Of a stretch of 32,000 nucleotides of DNA, positions 1-8,095 are shown in pieces. Each line of letters starts with the position of its first letter. Position 1 is the stretch's first letter. Source of the DNA: Aciduliprofundum boonei T469 (GTDB lineage: Archaea > Thermoplasmatota > Thermoplasmata > Thermoplasmatales > Aciduliprofundaceae); contig NC_013926.1 in NCBI RefSeq assembly GCF_000025665.1, positions 270,001 to 302,000 of the forward strand, read 5' to 3'. The position numbers were made by a program, and so were the translations under genes. The notes under the pieces are model-generated. The model had not been told where the DNA came from. It did not search any database and worked only from the letters and a program-made list of their open reading frames with translations.

Positions 1-2197
1 GCAAAATAACCACAATAACAGCAATAGCTGTAATATAAACATACGGAAATTCGCTGTTTTCTTTGATTTTCCAAACAAAAGGATGTTTTAGGGGTTTGTA
101 ATCTGTATTATTGGCATCTATAACATAGGGATAATCAACTATCCCATCATTATTCTTATCGTTTGTATTGTTCTTATTAGCCCACCATTCCCAGTAATTG
201 CCATATTTGCTATTATTCCAGTAATTAAGATTGTTCTCGAGATGAGTAACCGACGGTAATCCCCCAGAGGTTACGCACACCAATTTTGAGAAATCTATAT
301 ACTCTAGCATCGGACCTTTATACATGAAATTATTGAGGTATATGCGATTACCATAAGAATTAGAGAGTGAGAGATAACACACAGTTCCCCAGTTTAAAGA
401 TATATTTAGAAAATCCGTTAGAAGAAGAGTTAAATTGTTTCCCTCTATCAAATTGTTATTGGATACTTCCAAACTCAACCCTACACCCTTGAATTCAACA
501 TCGTTTCTAAATATTGTGGAATTAGCAACTCCAAAGAGATACATTCCAGATTGATTAAGCTTGTTGTAGCTTATATTTACCTTTGAATAATAGATGTGCT
601 TGTATGTTAGTGTTCCATTATTAAACTCATAATATCCACTCACTACTATACCTAGCCCGTTATTTATAGTGTTATGAGTAATATCTATAAGTGTTGAATT
701 GAACACGCTTATAGAACAACCAAAATCTCCATAAGATTCCATTAGATTATTCTCTGTGCGGATATTTTTAGAATTGCCAATAGATATAGAAGCATAATAA
801 ATTTTATTTCTTTTAATCACCACATTTTCAGAGTGAACCACATTAATTCCCAAGCCACCAAGTATCCAGCAATCAGAGAGCTCAACATACAAAGTGATAT
901 TGCTCAAAGATATATCCCCATTTCCCGTAGTCTGGAATATCATAATATGTGATATCTGTATTGGTGAGTCCTTAGTGCCATTTCCCTTCCAGCCATATCT
1001 AGATGCATAATTCAGCAATTCCTCATTACCACTTATATCCAAGCTTCTAAATTCCTTATATCCGAAGGGCCTCCAAGGTTTCAAGAATGGAAATCCTAAA
1101 TAGGCGAGCATGGCAATGTGCTCATCAAAGTAAGTTTTATTTGCTGTAACTGTGTGTATATAATCTACAAGAGCCTTGCCAAAGCTCATCCCCTCTCCAA
1201 TATTCATATGATAATAGAGCAAAGGTTCTGGACTTCCCTCAGCAGTGTAAGTAAGCACGCCTAGAGATTTGGAGTTTTTGCTCATAATCAAATAATTCGC
1301 AATTGCGCCCCTTTCAAATGAGGCGGCATAGCAACTAAAATCCGTATAAAAGAGTGCATTTATGTGCGTTAGCTCCTCTGGATATACTTTCTTGTATCCG
1401 CCTGGTGTTTTAATAATATAAGACTTACCATCCGAGTGGGCAATAAAATAAGCATAAGCATAGTCATTAGATAAGAATTTTAAGAATGTGGTGGAATTAG
1501 TATTTTGGTCCACAACTTCTTCTCCAACATAAAGGGAGGTCAAGGATGATTTTATCTTATCATCTAAATATAGAAAATCGTCATCAATAAACGCTCCACT
1601 TTGAACTCTGGGATAATATTTTCCATCAATATAATCTATTGTCTTATTTATATATTCCTTGATCTGTGTTACATTGTTTCCGTTCTCATTTGTAGACCTC
1701 ACTATGCCAACCCAGATATCGGGAAAATAGTTTCCGGTGGGTGTGTCAATTATGCCATCTCCATCGGTGTCTTTCCACTCTCCATTCAAATCCATGTAGT
1801 AGTAAGGAAATTCTATAACCTCCCCAATAGCTTTATCTTCATACCTTGCCAGGGGTATATTGCCTATGAGCACCGCACCCCCTATGGATTTAGATTCATA
1901 CTCTTCCTTTATAATTTCCCTTATCTCTTCAGGATTTTTTCCACTAACATTTTTAATGATAAAATAGTAAAAATAGTTGGCATTTTGCATTGACTCTTCA
2001 AGAGAGTTCAAAAGGGGCAATACCTTAGGGTAAATTGTAGAATTCACAAGCACTAAAATAGGAGTTAAATACGCAGGGGCTCCATAATTCTCAAACCTTT
2101 CAAAATTATGGTTCTCAGAGGTATTATTGAAAATGTAGAAACTTGAAAAAAGAATTAAAACAACCGCCAATATAGAAAGTAGAACTCTATCTCTCAT
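1..2197 (-). CDS. Partial surface protein (C-terminus off window). Domains in order: N-terminal signal anchor, clan-CD (gingipain/C25-like) cysteine-peptidase-like domain, parallel beta-helix (NosD/PbH1-like) repeats, C-terminal hydrophobic anchor.
   Basis: Absent from the ORF track because no stop codon lies in the window. My hand translation of the minus strand from ATG at 2197 is open for all 732 codons down to position 2. The N-terminus MRDRVLLSILAVVLILFSSFY is hydrophobic. Peptidase-like motifs: GAVLIGNIPLARY, DTDGDGIIDTPTGNYFPDIWVGIVR, His in YFIAHSDG (codon 254, nt 1436-1438) and Cys in ALFYTDFSCYAASF (codon 289, nt 1331-1333). Short N/I/G-rich repeats typical of beta-helices follow: VVHSENVVIKRNKI, FNSTLIDITHNTI, NISYNKL, NSTIFRNDV, SNNNLIEGNNL. 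Then NNDGIVDYPYVIDANNTDYKP, and the final residues YVYITAIAVIVVIL are hydrophobic. Confidence 0.6.
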   Translation of the reverse strand, partial: MRDRVLLSILAVVLILFSSFYIFNNTSENHNFERFENYGAPAYLTPILVLVNSTIYPKVLPLLNSLEESMQNANYFYYFIIKNVSGKNPEEIREIIKEEYESKSIGGAVLIGNIPLARYEDKAIGEVIEFPYYYMDLNGEWKDTDGDGIIDTPTGNYFPDIWVGIVRSTNENGNNVTQIKEYINKTIDYIDGKYYPRVQSGAFIDDDFLYLDDKIKSSLTSLYVGEEVVDQNTNSTTFLKFLSNDYAYAYFIAHSDGKSYIIKTPGGYKKVYPEELTHINALFYTDFSCYAASFERGAIANYLIMSKNSKSLGVLTYTAEGSPEPLLYYHMNIGEGMSFGKALVDYIHTVTANKTYFDEHIAMLAYLGFPFLKPWRPFGYKEFRSLDISGNEELLNYASRYGWKGNGTKDSPIQISHIMIFQTTGNGDISLSNITLYVELSDCWILGGLGINVVHSENVVIKRNKIYYASISIGNSKNIRTENNLMESYGDFGCSISVFNSTLIDITHNTINNGLGIVVSGYYEFNNGTLTYKHIYYSKVNISYNKLNQSGMYLFGVANSTIFRNDVEFKGVGLSLEVSNNNLIEGNNLTLLLTDFLNISLNWGTVCYLSLSNSYGNRIYLNNFMYKGPMLEYIDFSKLVCVTSGGLPSVTHLENNLNYWNNSKYGNYWEWWANKNNTNDKNNDGIVDYPYVIDANNTDYKPLKHPFVWKIKENSEFPYVYITAIAVIVVIL

Positions 2198-2233
2198 ATT
2201 CAGATAATGCAAAAATTCTATAAATTATATTTC

Positions 2234-2800
2234 CTACCCCTCAAATCTCCTATTCCACCAACCTACAATTTTAGATGTGTATCTAAACACTGCTTCACGC
2301 ACTGCATAGAGGATAAAAGTAACAAGAAGTGCAACGAGAAAACCACCTATTATATCCAATGGAAAATGCACACCGCAAAACACTCTCGCATAGCCAACAA
2401 GAGATGAAAGAATCACAAACGCTGTGCCAGATTTGTACTTTTTGAAGAATAAGAATGGAAGTGAGAAGGCAAACATCACCGTTGTATGATCACTAGGAAA
2501 AGAGCTATCTGGAGGATGATGTATCAGGGTAGTACCCAACCCCATTGCAAAGGGCCTGGGATGATAGTAAACTGCACTTATACTCATAGAAACTATTGCA
2601 GCAAGGATAACGGATATTAAGAGAAACAACGAATAATTCTTATCACCCCTTTTAGAAAACCAGAGATAGAGAATAACTATGGGAACTATAAAAACTATGT
2701 ATTGGGCAGAAAATACCATAAATGCGTCCAGATACGGATTCTTACCTGCAAGGGAATTTATGGCATTGAAAATGTGTATGTTCCACTCTTCAAGACTCAT
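2234..2800 (-). CDS. PAP2-superfamily membrane phosphatase; candidate polyprenyl/dolichyl-diphosphate phosphatase
   Basis: 188 aa and multi-TM. The three PAP2 motifs are readable: YYHPRPF, FPSDHT, YARVFCGVHFPLD. The gene sits 36 nt upstream of the surface-protein gene on the same strand. Confidence 0.8.
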   Translation of the reverse strand: MSLEEWNIHIFNAINSLAGKNPYLDAFMVFSAQYIVFIVPIVILYLWFSKRGDKNYSLFLLISVILAAIVSMSISAVYYHPRPFAMGLGTTLIHHPPDSSFPSDHTTVMFAFSLPFLFFKKYKSGTAFVILSSLVGYARVFCGVHFPLDIIGGFLVALLVTFILYAVREAVFRYTSKIVGWWNRRFEG

Positions 2801-2822
2801 TATTGCTTATAATATAAGCTCG

Positions 2823-2933
2823 CTATTTAGATATTTCTACCCTTTGATTTTCAAAAAATAGAATTATTACTTTAAATCACACATAGTATTTGGAGCGATG
2901 TTTTTAAAAATGGAACGAAATTATTTAATTTTA
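2823..2933. promoter_or_regulatory. Divergent promoter region between the PAP2 gene and the glycosyltransferase operon
   Basis: CTATTTAGATATTT (2823-2836) is about 29 nt from PAP2 ATG 2800 on the minus strand. For the plus-strand operon there are two candidates. One is the palindromic TTTTTAAAAA (2901-2910), about 45 nt upstream, which would leave a leader carrying the SD site. The other is AAATTATTTAATTTTA (2918-2933), about 25 nt upstream. I cannot choose between them. Confidence 0.3.
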
Positions 2934-2950
2934 GACCAGAGGTGAGTATC

Positions 2951-3787
2951 ATGAAAGGAATTTATACACAAATACCCATCGTAGAATCCGTGAAATTCTC
3001 CCTCAAATACCTCAAAAATCCATGGGCTATTATTCCTATCTTCTTAGATAGGCCCACAAGGGTGGATATAAAATGGAGCAACGATGGTGGCATAGTTCTC
3101 AAAGGCAAATCTGATTTCTGGAGATTGAGAGATATAACCCGATCAGGCTGGGAAATTTTAAATACAAAAAATGGGATTATATATTTGAAAAACAAGGAAA
3201 TTGTGATAGCCGCACATATTCATCAGATTAGCGTGGTAAATGAGCCCTTGGAGAAGTATTATAGAATATTCGATTTTTCACATAAAACTGTTCTTGATAT
3301 TGGAGGATATATCGGGTATTCTGCAATTTTATTTTCCAGATGGGGAGCCAAAAAGGTGATAATTTATGAAGCGCAGAGAGAAAACATACCTATGATAAAG
3401 AAAAACATGAGACTAAATAAGGTTAACGGAGAAGTTCACAATCTTGCAATTGCTGATAAAGACGGATACATAGAGTTGAGCTACGATGAGCTTGGCACCA
3501 CATCATTCGGGTTAGGAGGGAATAAAAAGTATAAAATAAGAGCAATTTCAATCTCAAGAGTTCTTTCTTCCAATATTGACATTGCAAAATTTGATTGTGA
3601 AGGATGCGAATACTCCTTGCTCTCTGTTCCTTGCGAAATCTTAAGAAATGTGCCAAGATATGTAATTGAGTACCATAGAGGATTTGAGAGCTTGAAAAAC
3701 AAGTTTGAGGAATGCGGGTTCAAAGTTCAAAAACTATGGAAAATAAAGGAGCAGATTGGTGGTTTTAAAGCGGAGGTGATGGGATGA
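2951..3787 (+). CDS. FkbM-family SAM-dependent methyltransferase
   Basis: SAM-binding motif VLDIGGYIGYSAILFS, then IDIAKFDCEGCEYSLL as in the FkbM family. I prefer ATG 2951 over the track GTG 2942 because GAGGTGA (2938-2944) sits 6 nt upstream. The stop overlaps the next start (ATGA at 3784-3787). Confidence 0.75.
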   Translation: MKGIYTQIPIVESVKFSLKYLKNPWAIIPIFLDRPTRVDIKWSNDGGIVLKGKSDFWRLRDITRSGWEILNTKNGIIYLKNKEIVIAAHIHQISVVNEPLEKYYRIFDFSHKTVLDIGGYIGYSAILFSRWGAKKVIIYEAQRENIPMIKKNMRLNKVNGEVHNLAIADKDGYIELSYDELGTTSFGLGGNKKYKIRAISISRVLSSNIDIAKFDCEGCEYSLLSVPCEILRNVPRYVIEYHRGFESLKNKFEECGFKVQKLWKIKEQIGGFKAEVMG

Positions 3788-4662
3788 AATACTCCATATG
3801 CTCCACGGTTTACAATGCAGCACCCAGATTGAGAGCAAGTTTGGATTCAATTCTTCAATATATCAACCCCGAGGAATTTGAAATTGTAGTGGTGGATAGC
3901 AAATCTAAAGATGGAACTTTGGAGATACTCAAAGAGTATGCAAATAAATTCCCAAATTTCAAAATAATAGTAAGAAAATGCACCCGCGGCAAAGGGAGAC
4001 AAATTGCATTTGAAAATTCTCAGGGAGAGTATATAATCCCTGTGGATTTAGACACAATATATTTACCACCATGGTGGGAATTAATCAAAGCATATGAAAG
4101 TTGGGAGGGTAAAGATAAATATGCATTACAAGCTATATATTCTGGCATTTATCCTAGACATCTCTTGGAAAAGGTAGGCGGATGGAGAGATCTCCAATAT
4201 GCTGAAGATTTTGATTTGTGGTGGAGATTGATAGAGATTGATTCCCTTAAGATATATCCGCTTGTTACCGGTAAAAACTGGAAAATAAAAGAAAGAGAAA
4301 GTATACATATAAAAAATATACTACATATCGTTTATAGGAAATATTTAGATGAAAGAGATAGGTTCATTGTCAGGTCGGAATTTAATTTAGGTGCAAGACT
4401 TAGGGAAATAAAAATGTGGAGTAAGAGATATTCCTATTATTTATTCTGGATTCCTCTCACATCTCTAGCTAGAGTTGCAGCTCTATTAAAAAATGTAGAG
4501 AGAAGAGACGCTGATTATGTTAGAAACAAATGGTTTAACAATTTTATAAATATGAATATTAAGGGAGATATTATTTACAGTTTTGTTGCTTTTCCTCAGT
4601 TTACCACAGCAAAAGGATTGATAAAATTTATGGATTCAAAGTGGGGGTATGGAGATGAGTGA
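3784..4662 (+). CDS. Family 2 glycosyltransferase (GT-A fold)
   Basis: N-terminal YSICSTVYNAAPRLRASLDSIL...FEIVVVDSKSKDGT and a DxD-like IIPVDLDT motif. GGAGGTGATGGG lies directly upstream of the ATG. Confidence 0.8.
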   Translation: MKYSICSTVYNAAPRLRASLDSILQYINPEEFEIVVVDSKSKDGTLEILKEYANKFPNFKIIVRKCTRGKGRQIAFENSQGEYIIPVDLDTIYLPPWWELIKAYESWEGKDKYALQAIYSGIYPRHLLEKVGGWRDLQYAEDFDLWWRLIEIDSLKIYPLVTGKNWKIKERESIHIKNILHIVYRKYLDERDRFIVRSEFNLGARLREIKMWSKRYSYYLFWIPLTSLARVAALLKNVERRDADYVRNKWFNNFINMNIKGDIIYSFVAFPQFTTAKGLIKFMDSKWGYGDE

Positions 4663-5935
4663 AGACATAAATCTTTTAGTTGTTGGTGCGCCTTTTGGAC
4701 GTACCGGTGGACAGATAAGAGCAAAGAGATCTATAGAAGCTTATGCTAAAAATGGATTAAATGTTAAAATTATAGCACCATATAGTGGGATTAAAATAAT
4801 GGGCCCTAACATGAGCATAAATAATCTTTTAATGGTTAGCCAATCAAAAAACGATAGGATAAAATATGTAGGATATATTGATCTATCAAATAGAATAAAA
4901 AAATTACCAGCATTAAAATATACTCTGAGTTCGCTATTCCTAAAAGTATTAAAATTTCAACAAATCACACATCTTGGAAAAGTAGATGCAGTTATCTCGC
5001 TCCATGAAAATATAGATGCCATCTACTTTACTTTAAAACTGGCAAAAAAATTAAAAGTAAAAGCAGGTGTCTTATTACAAAACCCACCCTTTATAGGCAA
5101 CTTTAAAAGAAGAAAAAAAATTGAAGAGGTTCATGCTCTATATAGCAATCTAACAGGTATATCCACCCTTAAAAATTACCACCAGGAACTGATTAAAAAA
5201 TGGTTGGAATATAACTATTTAAAATTATTGGATAACTTCGATTTAATAATAACTGTTACTAAAGCTACAGCGGTGGATATGGGTAATGGGTGGATGGAAA
5301 AAGTGGTATCTCTCAACCCAGGAGTATCTTTAAATACAGAAGATTTAGCCACAATACATAAAATAAACAAAAAAGGGGTAGAAAAAAAAGATATAATCGT
5401 TTACTCTGGTGGTTTTGACATATATAAGGGAATTATTGATGCAATTTTATCATTTAGATTAATCAGAAAGAAGTATAAAAATTTAAAGCTCTATATAACA
5501 GGCAAAAGTAAGAATCCCGTCATTATGAATTCAATTAGAAAACTTATTAAGAAGCTAGATTTGAAAAATAATATTGTTTTTACAGGATTTCTTTCTCGTG
5601 AAGAGCTTTTCAGACTAAAAGCAGAAGCACAAGTAATATTACATCCATCCCATATGGATGCCTTTTCTTACAATGTATGCGAGAGTTTATATCTAAATAC
5701 CCCTGTAGTAGGATATGACATACCTGCTTTGAAAATATACTACGGAAATCTTGAAGGAATAAAACTAGTAAAGGAACTAGATATAGAAGCACTATCAGCG
5801 GAAACAATTAATTTTTTGAAACAAAAAAAGAGTGATATTGACATACCTAACATTCCAGCTTGGGACGATATAATGAGTAAAGAGATTGCCTTGATTAGAG
5901 GTTTGGTTGGAGAGACAGAAGGGGTGATAGTATGA
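4649..5935 (+). CDS. Group 1 / GT4-like glycosyltransferase (GT-B fold) with a divergent N-terminal half
   Basis: The C-terminal half carries a GT4-type motif variant, HPSHMDAFSYNVCESLYLNTPVVGYD (D-x7-E). It is Lys-rich and very AT-rich. It overlaps the upstream gene by 14 nt; ATG 4655 is an alternative start. Confidence 0.65.
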   Translation: MEMSEDINLLVVGAPFGRTGGQIRAKRSIEAYAKNGLNVKIIAPYSGIKIMGPNMSINNLLMVSQSKNDRIKYVGYIDLSNRIKKLPALKYTLSSLFLKVLKFQQITHLGKVDAVISLHENIDAIYFTLKLAKKLKVKAGVLLQNPPFIGNFKRRKKIEEVHALYSNLTGISTLKNYHQELIKKWLEYNYLKLLDNFDLIITVTKATAVDMGNGWMEKVVSLNPGVSLNTEDLATIHKINKKGVEKKDIIVYSGGFDIYKGIIDAILSFRLIRKKYKNLKLYITGKSKNPVIMNSIRKLIKKLDLKNNIVFTGFLSREELFRLKAEAQVILHPSHMDAFSYNVCESLYLNTPVVGYDIPALKIYYGNLEGIKLVKELDIEALSAETINFLKQKKSDIDIPNIPAWDDIMSKEIALIRGLVGETEGVIV

Positions 5936-6960
5936 AAATACTATTTAGTGGTCACAGTATAGAACATTATAACTTAGGATTGGTTAATGCTCTCAGTAAG
6001 ATGTTAAATGTATATATTGTTCATAATAGACATATTGATATCCAAACTAGACAGATAATCATACCAAGAATAAGAAGAAGCGATATACCTAGAAATCTTT
6101 CTTTAATCATTCTCTCTAAAATTTTTGACATAGTTCATATAAATAATGCTCAGCAGAGTGCTTTTTTAAAATCTGATGATAAATTAATAATTACAGAGCA
6201 CGGATGTCCCTCCACCAAAGGTTTAAGCGGTTCCACCTATAAATTTTATAATAAAGAAATTGAAAGATTAATTGAAGCTTATGAGAAAGGGGTGAAAATA
6301 ATAACTATTTCCAAATATTCTGCAGAAAAATTGAGAGAAGAATTAGGAGTAAAGGTATATGCCTACATATACCATGGATTAATAGAGAGTTTCAGAACGC
6401 AAAAATTTAAAGAACTCAAAAATGAGACAACGCCGCTAATTTTGTGGGTATCAAGATTTGTTAAAGCAAAAGAACCTTTTGTATTCTTAAAATCTCTTAA
6501 ATTATTGGCTACAAAAATAGATTTTAAAGCATATATGATAGGTAATGGTCCCTTACAGAGAAACATTCAACATTTCATATCAAAATATGAATTAAATAAA
6601 AATATATTCATTATTAATTCCATACCTTTTAAAGAGATGCCTTCTATTTACAACTCTGCCTCACTCTTTATTCACACTAATAGACAAGAACATTTTGGAT
6701 TCTCCATCTTAGAAGCCATGGGTATGGGGCTTCCTGTAATAGTACCAAACAGTGGTGGAGCACAAGAAATTGCTAATGATGCTGGCATTACCTTTGAACC
6801 CGGAGATCACAAAGATTTAGCAGAAAAAATATTAGAGATCCTTACAGATCCCGAAAGGTATTACAAATACTCTCGGAAAAGCATTGAGAGAGCTAAATTT
6901 TTCAGCTGGGAGAAGGCAGCAAAAGAGTATTTAGAAGTTTATAAAAAAGTGGGGGGATGA
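5932..6960 (+). CDS. Group 1 / GT4 glycosyltransferase
   Basis: Classical E-x7-E motif EHFGFSILEAMGMGLPVIVPNSGGAQEI. ATGA overlap with the upstream gene. Confidence 0.85.
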   Translation: MKILFSGHSIEHYNLGLVNALSKMLNVYIVHNRHIDIQTRQIIIPRIRRSDIPRNLSLIILSKIFDIVHINNAQQSAFLKSDDKLIITEHGCPSTKGLSGSTYKFYNKEIERLIEAYEKGVKIITISKYSAEKLREELGVKVYAYIYHGLIESFRTQKFKELKNETTPLILWVSRFVKAKEPFVFLKSLKLLATKIDFKAYMIGNGPLQRNIQHFISKYELNKNIFIINSIPFKEMPSIYNSASLFIHTNRQEHFGFSILEAMGMGLPVIVPNSGGAQEIANDAGITFEPGDHKDLAEKILEILTDPERYYKYSRKSIERAKFFSWEKAAKEYLEVYKKVGG

Positions 6961-6963
6961 GAA

Positions 6964-8085
6964 ATGAATATACTCTTCATAGGCAACCCATCTTCGACAT
7001 TCATAAAAAGAGATCTTGAAATGCTAGCTAGGCATTACAATGTATTAAATTTAGTGCCACCAGAATCTAAAAAAGGTTGGCCAGAATATATATCAAAAGT
7101 TAAAAAGTACATACAAAGTGCCTCTGTATCCATTGGTTGGTTTGCTGGGTGGCATACATTTCCTATGGTACATTACGCTAAAAAATATGGCAAAAGTTCT
7201 ATAATCATAGTGGGCGGTTACGATGCAGTTTCTTTCCCTGAAATAGGATACGGAGCATTTTCAAACAAAAAAGAATCAATACCTGCAAAGTATGTGCTGA
7301 AAAATGCAGATATTATTCTCCCTGTAAGCCAGTATCTTCAAAGAGAGATAATAAAAAATGCAAAAATTAAAGGAGAGAGCATATTTCCAGTGCCAACCGG
7401 ATATGACTCCAATTTCTGGAAGCCAAATGGAAAAAAGGAGAATATAGTACTAAGCGTAGCGGGTGCTAAAAATATTAGAAGAGTTAAATTAAAGGGATTA
7501 GACACATTTGTGAGGGCTGCAAAATATGTGCCTAATGCCAGATTCTTGGTAATCGGAGTGGAAGGAGAAGCAAGAAATTACCTAGAAAAAATTGCGGCTA
7601 AGAATGTTGAGTTAATAGGTTATGTGCAAAATGATAAGCTACTACCATATTATCAAAAAGCCAAAGTGTATGCCCAACTCTCATTAAGCGAGGGGTTGCC
7701 AAATACCCTATGTGAGGCAATGCTAGCAGGAGACATACCCGTGGGCACTAATAGAGGAGGAATTCCCGAAGCTATGGGGGATATTGGGTTCTATGCCCCA
7801 TATGGAGATATAAAAGCAACTGCAAGAGCAATAAAAAGAGCCCTAGCTGCTCCAGATGAACTTGGATTAAAAGCTAGAGAGAGAATCTTAAAAATGTTTC
7901 CGAAAAAGCGCAGGGAAGAAACACTTATAAGAATAATACGCATTGCTCCATTACTCAAATACTCTCAGATTTTCAGAAAAGCTGCTCAGACACCAGGAAA
8001 TGTGAATATAAATATTAATCCAGGATTACCAAGTTCCATAGAGATTACCATAGAGATGAAAAAGAGACATCTTATCTCCCAGTAG
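6964..8085 (+). CDS. Group 1 / GT4 glycosyltransferase with a roughly 50-aa C-terminal tail I cannot assign
   Basis: E-x7-E motif SLSEGLPNTLCEAMLAGDIPVGTNRGGIPEAMG. GGGGGATGAGAA precedes the ATG, and the gap to the upstream gene is 3 nt. Confidence 0.75.
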   Translation: MNILFIGNPSSTFIKRDLEMLARHYNVLNLVPPESKKGWPEYISKVKKYIQSASVSIGWFAGWHTFPMVHYAKKYGKSSIIIVGGYDAVSFPEIGYGAFSNKKESIPAKYVLKNADIILPVSQYLQREIIKNAKIKGESIFPVPTGYDSNFWKPNGKKENIVLSVAGAKNIRRVKLKGLDTFVRAAKYVPNARFLVIGVEGEARNYLEKIAAKNVELIGYVQNDKLLPYYQKAKVYAQLSLSEGLPNTLCEAMLAGDIPVGTNRGGIPEAMGDIGFYAPYGDIKATARAIKRALAAPDELGLKARERILKMFPKKRREETLIRIIRIAPLLKYSQIFRKAAQTPGNVNININPGLPSSIEITIEMKKRHLISQ

Positions 8086-8095
8086 ATATCCATCC

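Noticed and set aside
1601-1993. 130-aa plus-strand ORF, the only track entry in the first 2.2 kb
   Set aside because: It lies antisense to the uninterrupted 732-codon minus-strand frame, which has clear domain content. Its own sequence is Ile/Phe/Tyr-rich low-complexity, typical of a shadow ORF in AT-rich DNA.
5044-5389. A7-A8 homopolymer runs in the 4649-5935 glycosyltransferase gene as phase-variation switches
   Set aside because: They encode Lys runs (KKK, RRKKI, EKKD) in a roughly 30% GC gene, where such runs are expected by composition. I have no evidence of length variation from a single sequence.
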